Source: Tetramitus jugosus
Lineage: Eukaryota; Protista; Heterolobosea
DNA: 64,000 nucleotides
Assembly (NCBI GenBank): GCA_937625935.1
Contig: OW569352.1
Coordinates: forward strand, 548,712-612,711
Direction of reading: 5' to 3'
Shown here: in pieces, positions 1-11,500 of the stretch
Numbering within the stretch: the first letter of the stretch is position 1
Layout: every line of letters begins with the position of its first letter
Notes under the pieces: generated by a model
The model's input: the letters and a program-made list of their open reading frames with translations, nothing else
Told to the model about the DNA's origin: nothing
The model's database searches: none
Position numbers and translations under genes: made by a program

Positions 1-308
1 CCGCGAAAACCGCAGCCAATTCCAATCAAAATGAGGCCCCGCATGGATCTATTTCGAATGACTGGTCCAAGCGCTTCTGTACCCTCGTCAAAGTCAGAGA
101 TCCACCTCGAGGTCATCTTTTTTCGCCAGATTCATAAGCCACTCAAACACCCATCAAAAACAAAATCAATAGTTGAAGTTCTCTCTCCACACAGTATTGC
201 TATTTTGTTGTTGTCGGTTGGAACCAGAAAACCCACCACCCTATTCCTTCATTGAACCCATATCGCCTCAAAAGCTATCATCATTGCCATTAATTACACA
301 CACAAAAA

Positions 309-692
309 ATGGACATCCAATCCACTACAACGACAACCATTAGAGCTCTACAGCAAAAGAACAACAAGCACAATAACAACATTAATAACAACCACCATCA
401 CAATTTGGACACTCATTATAATGAAAACCACACTACCAATAAGAAGTGCATTCTGTTGCCATCATCATCATCATCAACACTTCAATTGCGATTGCCCGGA
501 GAGTCTCATTCCTCAGCATTCTTGAAAAAGAATGATTGTATTATTCGTAATCATGATGATGATAATAATAATAATGATGATGAAGAAGACTATTCTTCCA
601 AATCCTCCTCTCAGTGCAGCAAGCTCCTGACAAAGTCCATCTTTTTATTGTCTGATGACCCTAGAGACTGCCCATTTAGTGACTCTTATTAG
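309..692 (+). CDS. Hypothetical low-complexity protein (127 aa)
   Basis: ATG in an A-rich context like other genes here; poly-T/N/S/D tracts; no recognisable domain. Confidence 0.4.
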   Translation: MDIQSTTTTTIRALQQKNNKHNNNINNNHHHNLDTHYNENHTTNKKCILLPSSSSSTLQLRLPGESHSSAFLKKNDCIIRNHDDDNNNNDDEEDYSSKSSSQCSKLLTKSIFLLSDDPRDCPFSDSY

Positions 693-1473
693 TAAGTGGA
701 TGGAGCTGTGAATGTAATAGTAGTTGGTTAGTTAGTAGTAGTCATTAGTTAGCTAGCTAGATAGGTAGTTAGGATAGTTGTGTAGTGTAAGTGTAGTAGT
801 TCCAATCACATTTTCTGAGAAGAGAATCTCTGCTCTCTCTCTATGTGTGTGTGTTTGATTGTTGAAGAGGTCATTAAGTCTCAAACTACCACCACCACTA
901 ATCTGGTGTATTGGTTCAAAAAAACAAGAGTCCCGTTTGATTTTTTGAGAAGCAAAAACAAACTACGGTTCAAATGTGTGGGCGCCTGTGCAATGTGTGC
1001 TGTGAGAATCGATGGCACAATGTAAGAGCACGCGCACTCCACCAAAAGAACTCGTTTTTGCCTTTCTCTTTAGGTCACCACTTGTTCACGAGGGTTTTTC
1101 ACTTGTTGCTGTGAGAACTTTGTTGAGGTTACAACAAAGAAGAAGAGCTCTGCCCTCCAAAATGGCAGAGCAAAAAGAGAGTTCATAAAATAAACATGTA
1201 CTTGTATCGAGACACTATGTCTTCGTTGAAAGAAATACCCGGTTTTGAAACTCCGTAGACACAATTTCATTTTCATGTTCTGGTCAACCAGAGTATCCAA
1301 TTACCCGGGGTAAGGTTGACCATGATTCAATTTTTTGACATCTAAAAATATGTGTTGGACGAACAACCATCCGATAAGTAAGTATAAATATTGAGCGTCA
1401 TTGATCTGTGAGATGAACACTTAACCAAAACGATTAATCTGTACATACACTAACAAGTCACATCACACAAAAA

Positions 1474-3123
1474 ATGGTTGAAGCAAGTAAATTCCACAAT
1501 AGAAAGACTGACTTTGGTTTTGAAGCCAGAGATTACGATTCTGAATACAAGCAAGAATGGCGTGAACACGTTGGTATTCCACTCGAAAGGCAACAACAAT
1601 CAATTTCCACTCCAAAAGAAAAGGAATTCTCAGAGCCAAGATCATACGAAGTGCCAATTGAAAAGAAGACAGAACACAAGACAGAGAGAAGTGTTCCATC
1701 CTATAGATATGAGAAAGAAAATGTAAAGGAAGCATATGATCAATCAAAGGAAGCAATCGTTGACAGCTATGACAAAGCAAAGGATGATCTCTGGAAGAAA
1801 AAGGAGGAATGGAAGGATAAAGCCGAGCAAACAAAAGATCGAGCCAAGGAATTCACGAGTGATGCCTGGAGAGAAACTGAGAAGGGTATTGATAACTTCA
1901 AGAAGAGTGCTAAAGAAACAAAGGATGAATGGGCAAGCAAAGCCAGGGAAACTGCTGATGACACAAGACAAAAGTTCAAGGAAGCAGGTTACAAGGCTCA
2001 AGATGCATCCAAGGATCTCAAGGAATCATATCAACAAGGAAAAGAGAAGGCAGTGGAATTGTCTGGCAAGGCAAAACGCGACGCAGAGCTCTATGCCGAG
2101 AAAGCAAAGGACAAATCCGAGGAGTATTGGGAAAAGACAAAGGATACTGCCAAAGATGCCAAGAAGTACGCCAGAGACACTGTTGATTCCGCAAAGGAAT
2201 CTGTAGAGGACTTGAAGGAGAAGGGCAAAGAGAAGGCCAATGAGTGGTCCAAGGAGACCAAGGACGCTTATGAAGGTACCAAGGAAACCGCAGAAGACAC
2301 ATGGTCCAACCTTAAGGAAACTGTGTCCGATTGGACAGAGAAGGCCGGAGAAACCTATGACCAAGTAAAGGAAACCACAAAGGAATACGCCGAGAAGGCA
2401 GGAGAAGCATATGATAAAGCAAAGGAAACAACTGCCGATGTAATTGAGGATTTGCAGGCAAGAAAGGAAGTGTTGAAGGACAAGGCTGAAGATTTGCGCG
2501 ATGAATTGTGGGCAAGAAAGGAAGTGCTCAAGGACAAGGCAGAGTATGCAAAGGAGAAGGCATCCGACATTGCAGAAACAGTCAAGGATTACACGGAGAC
2601 TGCTCAGGAGAAGATATCTGATGTTTTCGGAACAGCAAAGGATGAAGCTGAAGACATCAAGGAGAAATCTGAAGAATACTATGAGAAGGCAAAGGATAAG
2701 GCGGGTGAAAAGTATGACCAGGCAAAGAAAGAAGCAGGAAAGTTTAAGGAGGAGGCCAAGGATACGTTCGAGAATTACTCTGACAAGGTGTACGAAGGAA
2801 AGAATGAACTATCTGATCGATGGGACGAATTTTCAGGCAAGTTCAAGGAGAAGTCTGAAGATGTCAAGGAGAAGGTCGAATCCGATTATGAGAAAACAAA
2901 GGATACAGCTGATGAATGGGTAGAATCTGCAAGAGACTCCTTATCTGATGCCTATGACAGTGTTACCAGCACCAGCAAAACATTTGGTATCCAGAAGGTC
3001 TATCAGACTGTGGATGACTATGATGATGTCTTGTACACTTTTGGAGAATTGGAACCACCAGTGCACGACAAGTCCTATTCAAGTGTGAATGATAGTATGA
3101 AATCATCTTGGAGGTGGTGGTAA
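1474..3123 (+). CDS. LEA (late embryogenesis abundant, group 3)-like hydrophilic repeat protein
   Basis: 549 aa rich in K/E/A/D with ~11-residue periodicity (AKEKAxExYDKAKE); exact internal repeat ARKEVLKDKAE occurs twice; TATA-like GTATAAATA at 1382. Confidence 0.8.
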   Translation: MVEASKFHNRKTDFGFEARDYDSEYKQEWREHVGIPLERQQQSISTPKEKEFSEPRSYEVPIEKKTEHKTERSVPSYRYEKENVKEAYDQSKEAIVDSYDKAKDDLWKKKEEWKDKAEQTKDRAKEFTSDAWRETEKGIDNFKKSAKETKDEWASKARETADDTRQKFKEAGYKAQDASKDLKESYQQGKEKAVELSGKAKRDAELYAEKAKDKSEEYWEKTKDTAKDAKKYARDTVDSAKESVEDLKEKGKEKANEWSKETKDAYEGTKETAEDTWSNLKETVSDWTEKAGETYDQVKETTKEYAEKAGEAYDKAKETTADVIEDLQARKEVLKDKAEDLRDELWARKEVLKDKAEYAKEKASDIAETVKDYTETAQEKISDVFGTAKDEAEDIKEKSEEYYEKAKDKAGEKYDQAKKEAGKFKEEAKDTFENYSDKVYEGKNELSDRWDEFSGKFKEKSEDVKEKVESDYEKTKDTADEWVESARDSLSDAYDSVTSTSKTFGIQKVYQTVDDYDDVLYTFGELEPPVHDKSYSSVNDSMKSSWRWW

Positions 3124-3139
3124 ATAGATTATCATAAAG

Positions 3140-4672
3140 TTACTGTGTATTGTATTTAGACTTTCTTGCATCCATAACATTGAATTGTTCCGGAGACAGT
3201 ATCTTTCCTGTCTCTCTGCATCGGAATAAAATTCTTCTTACTTCCATTGATTTGCACTTATCAGCTAACTCTTTGTCCTTTCTTTGTTCATTTTTCATGC
3301 TCTCTGACTTCTTGGCTTCCGCGGCTTGTATTTGTTCATTCATCTCCCTGTTTCGTTCCATTCGGTTCTCAGCTCTCTTTCTTAACAAGATCTGTCTCGC
3401 CAATTCATTCTTTTGCTCCTGTCGTTCTCGATGATTCAATTCTGTCTTTCTTTCTTGTTGATTTTCTCGTTTCTTCTGAGCTTCCTTCATCGCTTGTTCC
3501 CACTCTGAATGCAACTGTTGATGAAAGGCTTCTCGCTCGCGGTTCGCTAGTTGTTTCTGTTGGTTGATCCAAATCTGATTTGTTTCTAGACTCTTCCTTT
3601 CCTCTTCCATATATTTTGTTCTTTTGGCAACTGTCAATTCCCTTTTCAACTGAATCTGTCGGTCCAGTTCTTGTGCATTGATCTTGTGCATTGCAGACCA
3701 TAATTCAATCGAAGGTACAGGAGAGGTAAATAATGGTCCAATGGAAGTATTATTGGATTGTTTACTCTCCCATTCCTTTTGTTCTTTGAGTTGTTGTGTT
3801 TTCTTCTTCTGATGACTCTCCATATGACTTCTTATTATTGCTTGATTTTGCCTCTTGGTTTCTCTTTTCCTTTCCTCTTCTTGTTGGATTTGTGAATCGA
3901 TAGTCTTGAATAGGTCACGTAAGTGCTCCTTATTTTGCCTCTCTTCTCTCTTATTGTGCTCTAGCAACTCTGTTCGTCCCCTTATTTCTGCCTTCAACTT
4001 CTCTCGAACATCCTTTCTCCTCCTCGTCAATTCCTCTTGCTGCTGTTGTATTTTTTGACGATTCTTCTCATCTTGTTCTGAATAAAACTTCTTTATCTCC
4101 ATCAATTCTTTTGCTTCTTCTTCTGCCTTCAGTTTTTGAGCTTTCACATTCTCTGCGTAGTTACACACTAGATCAACATCATGAATTTCATAAACAACCT
4201 TTCCAAGGTTAGGATCCATCTTTTCAATTTCCTGGACATGATGTTGTTTGGTTGGTACATCTCCATTTTGCTTGTCGTTGTTATTGTCCTTCAGAGATTT
4301 GTTTGTCCTCTCAACACCTCTCAGATTGTTGGTATCTGACTGGACAGCTCCATTGGACCTTTCAGGCGAAGAGTTATCCTGGCAATGATATCTTTTTCGA
4401 ATTCTACTTGTGGTAGGTAGGTTAGATATCGAATTGCGCCTCTCTTTTGTCCGTGGTACTTGGGCTCCAGTGAGTGATGATTTGAGAGCAATTTCGTGCG
4501 TATTAGTCTGATTTGATCGATTGGGAGACATAGGAGGATCAGGTATTGACACCTTGAAGTATCCCAGGAGATCAAACTCATCGGTTCGAGCTGAAACCAT
4601 TCTGGTACCAGTTGTTTTACAGTTTTTTCTTTTCCCAGAGAAAACGATCGCAGAACCCGCGTTAGTCCACAA
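3140..4672 (-). CDS. Coiled-coil protein (trichohyalin-plectin-homology-like, possibly ciliary); 5' end uncertain
   Basis: Long E/K/R/Q-rich helical C-terminal half. The ORF opens on TTG next to an ACTAAC branch-like motif, so an upstream exon from the ATG near 4807 is probable. Confidence 0.6.
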   Translation of the reverse strand: MWTNAGSAIVFSGKRKNCKTTGTRMVSARTDEFDLLGYFKVSIPDPPMSPNRSNQTNTHEIALKSSLTGAQVPRTKERRNSISNLPTTSRIRKRYHCQDNSSPERSNGAVQSDTNNLRGVERTNKSLKDNNNDKQNGDVPTKQHHVQEIEKMDPNLGKVVYEIHDVDLVCNYAENVKAQKLKAEEEAKELMEIKKFYSEQDEKNRQKIQQQQEELTRRRKDVREKLKAEIRGRTELLEHNKREERQNKEHLRDLFKTIDSQIQQEEERKRETKRQNQAIIRSHMESHQKKKTQQLKEQKEWESKQSNNTSIGPLFTSPVPSIELWSAMHKINAQELDRQIQLKRELTVAKRTKYMEEERKSLETNQIWINQQKQLANREREAFHQQLHSEWEQAMKEAQKKRENQQERKTELNHRERQEQKNELARQILLRKRAENRMERNREMNEQIQAAEAKKSESMKNEQRKDKELADKCKSMEVRRILFRCRETGKILSPEQFNVMDARKSKYNTQ

Positions 4673-4857
4673 GGGATCAGGCGAATACTATAGGCATGTT
4701 GTTCCTGATACGAACTACATTGATCGAGAGGAATTGAGACCATGGTGTCTATCACCTTTCTCAGAAGTTCGTTTATTGATTAGCAACTGATCAAGTTCAT
4801 CAATCATTATTCGTGCTAGCTACGTCAGTTCTTTACTTTGAACATCCTCCTTGGTTA

Positions 4858-6696
4858 TCAGCCGGGACTAACTGCACTCCTCATTATCTTGTGCTTGTTG
4901 GAATGGGAGGAATGAGTACCAGTGTTGTCGAGCCACAATGGATCTGCTGTTCTCTTTTGTTTGTTGAACCAGATGTTGGCACTAATATGATGCACAATAA
5001 CTGTCATAAAAATGAATTGCCATATGAACAATAGGAACTTGAGAATGGATACAAGATTCAAGGAGTGCCAAATAATATCAATTGTCAAACTTCCTGGTAT
5101 GAACAATAAGCCCATGTATCGACCAGAGGACACTCGAGATAGAACAATCAAGATCAATATGATGGGAAGAACCAAAACCAAGCCATAGACAAAATTCTCA
5201 ACGAGTGTCCGCAGAATTAGCCCACACATCGAGTAATTGAATTGAACAATATTGAACTGCAAACCGAACATTGCACATACAATGTGTATCACTGTCAGCA
5301 CCAATATTACTCCAATATCTTCTTTGCTCAGAATGGGTTTGAACGAGGGTTTGACTAACTGGATCTTATCCGTGCGAATTGATGTTGAGTCATTGAAGAC
5401 GCCTTCCACCTCGATTTCATCACCCGTCGTTGCAAATGAAGTATGAGCTTCTTTCCCTGTACTGATCAGCAGAGATGAATTTTTGGGCATGAACGGTATA
5501 TCGATAATCATCCTGTGGTGATAATGAATACGGTACAATACACCTTTCATCTTAAATCGCTTACCAAACATTTCTTGGATAAATTCTTCTCTTGGTAAAT
5601 AGTCAGAGAAACTGGTCATTCGCTGTCCTGAGTTGTTCATCATTGTTGTCATGTGTGGATAGATTCGGAGCAGGTGATCCACTGATTTCTGACTCATGGA
5701 CGTAAAATCAACATCAATCTTGTTATGACTCTTGTCCCATGGTTCTTCATCACCACTTCTCAACTGATTCACAGCACCTGAATTAGTATAGACAATTGTT
5801 GATTTCTCATTGAGCGTGTTATGACTCGATCCAATAATCGTCTTTTTGAACAAGTGAATATTGATTCTATGACAGTCCTTTCCCAGCGATTCTATACTGA
5901 CCAACAAGCCCTGAATCCTGCACGTTTCCTCCAGATTGATCCTTGCTCTATACACTTTCGATCCTCTGCGATAAACGTGCCATAGTTTGAAATGAAGACT
6001 GACATTATCATACAGAACTGGTGGTTGATCCTCCTCACACACCCAATCGATATACCATGGATACTTCAACTCGAACAACTGTTCATTGCGAAGATGAGCA
6101 CTCAAACTAGTCCCTCGAAACAACAAACGCTCCAGATCATGTTTCTGTCGAAACGAGTCGAAACATGTGCGATAATGACGATCAAACGGATCACAACTAG
6201 TGGCCCAATAAAACAGAGACAAGTAGCTCTGTTTTTGCAACAAGCGACATACGAATTTCCAGTAAAATAATTTTCTCCGATCAGTCAACCCGCTGATCGA
6301 TATACAATCAGCTGTTGAAGATGATGTCGGGCCAAAATCTCTCTCACGCCCCAGGTTCAGAGTGTACCGATCATCAACAGCTCGGTCCATGCAAAACTCG
6401 ATGAGTGACATGTCATATCGATGAATTCCAATGACACAAACCATGAACCACTCTGGCACACCATTTTGGTTGATAATTGAGTCGCTCCGTTGTTCGCTTG
6501 TGCATGGAGAGAGCGATGTGTTGTGTTCTGATTCGTCGGATGGCACGTCAAGAGCAACCGCCGCACATTGATCCTCCAACGCTTGACTCAGAATGGGATG
6601 AATACTCGAAATCTGGTGCAGAACGGCGCTCAGATCAGCGCAATAGTGAAAAATATGGTACAGTAGTTCGTTCGGAAGAGTATGGAGATTATTCAT
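4858..6696 (-). CDS. F-box protein with C-terminal transmembrane helices
   Basis: N-terminal LHTLPNELLYHIFHY F-box motif; about 4 hydrophobic segments near the C-terminus. Confidence 0.7.
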   Translation of the reverse strand: MNNLHTLPNELLYHIFHYCADLSAVLHQISSIHPILSQALEDQCAAVALDVPSDESEHNTSLSPCTSEQRSDSIINQNGVPEWFMVCVIGIHRYDMSLIEFCMDRAVDDRYTLNLGRERDFGPTSSSTADCISISGLTDRRKLFYWKFVCRLLQKQSYLSLFYWATSCDPFDRHYRTCFDSFRQKHDLERLLFRGTSLSAHLRNEQLFELKYPWYIDWVCEEDQPPVLYDNVSLHFKLWHVYRRGSKVYRARINLEETCRIQGLLVSIESLGKDCHRINIHLFKKTIIGSSHNTLNEKSTIVYTNSGAVNQLRSGDEEPWDKSHNKIDVDFTSMSQKSVDHLLRIYPHMTTMMNNSGQRMTSFSDYLPREEFIQEMFGKRFKMKGVLYRIHYHHRMIIDIPFMPKNSSLLISTGKEAHTSFATTGDEIEVEGVFNDSTSIRTDKIQLVKPSFKPILSKEDIGVILVLTVIHIVCAMFGLQFNIVQFNYSMCGLILRTLVENFVYGLVLVLPIILILIVLSRVSSGRYMGLLFIPGSLTIDIIWHSLNLVSILKFLLFIWQFIFMTVIVHHISANIWFNKQKRTADPLWLDNTGTHSSHSNKHKIMRSAVSPG

Positions 6697-6804
6697 TATT
6701 GTAGTCTCAATTTCGATTCATTTGATTTTCTTGGGTAGTTGTTCTGTTGGCTCGTGATGTTTGGCACCAACTGGAATGAGATAAAAATAGTTTACTATGA
6801 AATA

Positions 6805-8004
6805 TTATTCGTGTTTCTTGTCTGCAGCGACTGTAGATGTGGTCTCCTTTGCCTGCACAGCATATCTAAAGTATTGAGAGTCCTTCTCAACATTCATAGC
6901 TTCAGTCGTATAACGCTTGACATTCTGAACAAATGCAGAAATGACACCTTCATCTGCTCTGTCTCTGACCAAATGAGGAAACTTTGCACGGAAGTGCTTT
7001 GTGGCTTCTTCCAAGTGATAGTGAGGAACAGATGGGAACAAGTGATGAATCTGATGAGTACCAATGTTGTGCACCAAATCATGGAACCATCCATAGTGAC
7101 GATCAATCGACTGCAAATTACCAATTGTATAATTCCAGTACTGTTCACCATACCAACTGGATCCTTCATCTTGATGATGCAAAAAGGTTGTGACAACGAG
7201 CCATGAACCAAACACAAACACTGGAATCAAATAATAGACCAAAAAGCTCACCAAACTATCACTGAAATACAGTGTCAATGGAAGCCAAATGGACAATGAG
7301 ATCATACTAGTCAACACCTTATCCTTATCATTCTCAAACATTGGTTCATTGACATTGAAATGACTGACACCTCTTGGTGGATAACCCTTGACCAAATAAT
7401 ACCACCATCCAACACCCAACAAGAATCCTGCTTCGGACGGAGTAGGCAACAATCTCTTCTCAGCTGGTGACTCCTCTGGAAAATCACCTTCTCTGAACGG
7501 AAAGAAAATTTCATCCTTGTCCATGTGACCCGTGTGATTATGATGGTGCTTGTGTGAAAGCTTCCATGGATAGAACGGAACGAGAATAATCGTGTGTAAA
7601 AATTCGCCCATGAACCGATTGAATTGAATATGGCGCGAAAAACTGCCGTGACCACAGTCGTGACCCAACACGAACACTGCCCAAAACATGGTGCCCTGTA
7701 AGAACCAGTACACTGTCAACAGTGCCAAAAACACTGTTGGATGGAGCAAATGTCTTGCATAGACATCGATGCATTTCATCAACGTGTACAGTGTGATGAC
7801 AATGAGCAAATCTTTGAAGACATAGTAGACGGATGTGGAGACATTGGATTGGAAGAGATGCTTTGGGATGGATGACTTGATTTCTTGCAATGAGGGAATG
7901 GCATCGAGCTGTTGCTTGAGCCCTTGTGCGTCATATTGACTCTTGGAGCGAATCGTCTCACTTGCTTGTGTTGTTGTTGATGCTGTTGTTGTTGTTGTGG
8001 ACAT
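6805..8004 (-). CDS. Omega-3/delta-12 membrane fatty acid desaturase
   Basis: Three His boxes HDCGH, HKHHH and HQIHH; N-terminal PSLQEIKSSIPKHLF is typical of the FAD2/FAD3 family. Confidence 0.93.
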   Translation of the reverse strand: MSTTTTTASTTTQASETIRSKSQYDAQGLKQQLDAIPSLQEIKSSIPKHLFQSNVSTSVYYVFKDLLIVITLYTLMKCIDVYARHLLHPTVFLALLTVYWFLQGTMFWAVFVLGHDCGHGSFSRHIQFNRFMGEFLHTIILVPFYPWKLSHKHHHNHTGHMDKDEIFFPFREGDFPEESPAEKRLLPTPSEAGFLLGVGWWYYLVKGYPPRGVSHFNVNEPMFENDKDKVLTSMISLSIWLPLTLYFSDSLVSFLVYYLIPVFVFGSWLVVTTFLHHQDEGSSWYGEQYWNYTIGNLQSIDRHYGWFHDLVHNIGTHQIHHLFPSVPHYHLEEATKHFRAKFPHLVRDRADEGVISAFVQNVKRYTTEAMNVEKDSQYFRYAVQAKETTSTVAADKKHE

Positions 8005-8567
8005 GTGAGTGTTGTGAGTTAGTTTTCAAGTGTGTGAGATGTGCAAGAATATTCTCTCGTCTGTTTATCCATCCGGGATATGAGACCAAAAAGCTAAATG
8101 TGCCGAAGCACAGAAATCTTCCACACACCTCCATGCAAGACACACGCAGAATTTCGCCTAGCCTTCCAGTCATTTTCTGTGTCAAATCTCCTGAAATTAT
8201 GTAGACAATATTTCCGTAGTTTATCAAGTTCTGACACACACAGATGACTATAACTCTTCCAGTCAATACTCTTCCTCACATGTAGATACAAGGGTTGCTT
8301 TTCGTATCGTCCTAAACAAGTTTTTCGCTCCTTTCGGCCATGTTCTGTGGAACGAACTTTGCACAACAAACATGCGACATTTGATGACTCTGACTACACA
8401 AACAGCTCATCAAAAAAAGTTTCAAACAAAAGAGCGCGAACAACATTTCTCTCTTGAAGAAAATCAACATCATCAACAATCCAACAACAACAACAACAAC
8501 CATCAAACAAAAACTGTTGATATCCAACTAAACTCACTCATCATACTACTCTTATAAAACGACGACG

Positions 8568-11500
8568 ATGATTAAGGGAATTTTTCGATTTTTGAAAAAG
8601 GGTTTCCTGTCATCCATCACTGGTGGTATCTACTATGACAAGAGTCATTCCATGTTGTTGAGAACCGTTCATTTTTATCTATGGCTATTTCTCTTCATCT
8701 TCCCAGTTATTCTCACATTTGTATGTCAAAGCTTTTTCATCTCTTTTATGATTGATGATGATGATGATGATGATGATGTGAAATTGTAAAAAGTAGGACA
8801 TGACTAACACAAATGTACACATGTATTCAAATAGACTGTTGGAAAACGGAATTTAGCAGTTCAAATCTGTTATCCCTTGGTCATTCTCATTCTCTTCTCC
8901 ATCATCAAACTTCCCAACTATTACTTTCACTATTTTTTCGATGTGAACGAAAGAGGTGTTGTGAAAAAGTCGTCAAACAAGAAGAGTAACAACAACAAGA
9001 AGAATCAAAAAACTACGACTAATAACAATGAGAATACGAATACTAATAATCAAGTGAGTACGGTCGGAGTGTCATCCTCTGGTCATCAACGATTGTTTTC
9101 TCCGTTGAGTGATACGAACACGAATCAGTCTCAACAATTGAATAATGATCAATCTGCTGCCAACACTCCAATGGATCATGAATCACCATTGTCACCTGTT
9201 TCACCTGTAGCGAATATGAAGCAGAGTGATCAAGCAACATCACCAGATGACAATATCATTGAAGTGAGTGATGACATGTTTGGAGAACGATTTTCCAGTA
9301 TTGTTGTTGCGCAGAATCAATCACAAACCATTCCACAGTTTGATGGAGTGGATGAAGACGGAGAGAATGGTGAAAATGATGCAAATGATACGAGGGTCAA
9401 TGAACACAAATCAACGTCATCGTCATCATCGAGTGATACTCATTCGAAGCATGATAATGACGATGAAAATGCGGCCGAGGTGCAAACGAACTCGAACGCG
9501 AATCTAAAGGAGCAAAACGGCGATAGTGTAGTCATTGGTGGATTGGTGAGAGATTATGATTTGGTGCAGAATACACCAGTGGTTGACACGACGCAGGAGG
9601 ACTTGAATGAGGCGCAAGATAATAATATTAATAATGAAAATGACGAAAATGGTGATTACATTTTTAATGATGATGGCGATGATGAAGATGAGGATGAGGA
9701 TGACGGTGATATCGATCGCATTCGTACCTATCAACTTGAATTGGAAGATGTGGATGGATCGAGACATCCCTTCCTCTTACAACTCTCAAGGAGAGAGTTT
9801 CAGAGGGATTATCTAGCACAGTATCCTACTGCAATAGAAGTCAAAGGAATGGATGAGAATGAAGCAACACCACCAGAACCAGTCGCAAATCATCCCGTGT
9901 TGAACGATGATGAGTCATCTGAACGAACAGCCGAAATGCCAGCAACTCCCGTTATCACTCGAAATCGAAGCGTACGAGCAATGGGAACTATATCTGCTAC
10001 GACCGGTTCAACTACAAATGAATCACTACCAAGTTTGGACAATCATTACAAAATGGTCATTTTTAACAAAGTTGTTAACGTGCCATTCGATAGGCCACTA
10101 TTGGAGTCACTGTTTGACCGGAATCATCACATTGCAGAGGCAATATGGTGCATTGTATTTGCAACATTTATTGCTTGGGTATCGTATCGGTTGATTGAAC
10201 TGTACTACAACTTCTTTTCTGTTGTGTTCGTGTGGGTTGTGACTGCATCGTGTCACTTTTCATTGTTGAAGAGTCCACAGCCAGATGCGCACTCCCCTGT
10301 ACACTTTACGATGTGGACTGCGTACAGTAGAGCCTTTTACCTGACGATATTCGCTGGTTTGGCATTTTTAGCAGATGCCTTGAGTCCACTGTATGTGTCG
10401 CCTTTTGCAATTTGGGGCTACTCGTTCAACTATTTTATGGTTATGGTTACAATTCGAGATATTGTGCTCTATTTAATTATGTGCTTCCCATTGATATTCT
10501 TCATGGGGTGGCTACCTCACTGTGGCACATTTGTCACCTATGTTCTCGAATATGCCCATGTTCATATGTATGGAGGAACAGGAACGATTAGCTTAGCTGG
10601 TGCGATACTAGTGTTCGTGTTTGATGTCGCAGCCACAGGTATTTTAATCGGTGTTGGTTATGCATCCATGAAAACAGGCCGGTTTGGAACTGATTACGTG
10701 TCAGGAATATACGGAGCATTGGCTATCTCTCTTTCTTATTTATTAAGCCGAGCTCCAAGTAATCCTCACTATTACTATTCACCATTGTTGGATCTTATCG
10801 ATTCGATTCGAAATGCTCCAGCAAGCAAAACTAGTACGAACCCAAAAGAACAAGAATCAAAGAAGAAGTCACGAGATTTTTACTACAATGTGATGCGAGT
10901 GAACCCATTGAAGAGAACAGGTATTGATTTACTTGTTGCAGTCGCGTTATTCGCATTCTGTATCCCGTTGGAAGTGTTTGATGTTTTTAATCGTGGTCCC
11001 AATCCGTACATTACATATGTTATATCAATTTTGATACCAATGATCGGCTTCACCGCTCATTACCTGATACCTCAGTTGTCCAAACATCATCCATGGTTGA
11101 TATTCCGCCTACCACTGATTGTGCCCAACGAACTACCTGAATGGTGGACCAAGCATAAACTACTTAAAAGATTTAAGTGGGCATGGTATGAAGTCATATC
11201 CTATGTATTGAAGTGGATCGAAACTGGATTATACATCATTCTGGTCCTTGCGTCCATCAGTCCAGCCGCACAAATTGCTTCATCCAAGTATCATCCTGGT
11301 TTTGCAGCCTTCTTAGTATCAGTTGCGACCATTCGAATCATGCGAGGAGCATTTTCTGATCCCTCTCGAATGTGGCTGGCTCTATCATTACAAACGCTCA
11401 TATTCAATATTGACATCAACTACAGATCGGAATCGCTTTTATTCGATATGTTCGTGCTTTGTTGGATTATTTTGAAAATAGAGGAGTTGATGCTCAAGTT

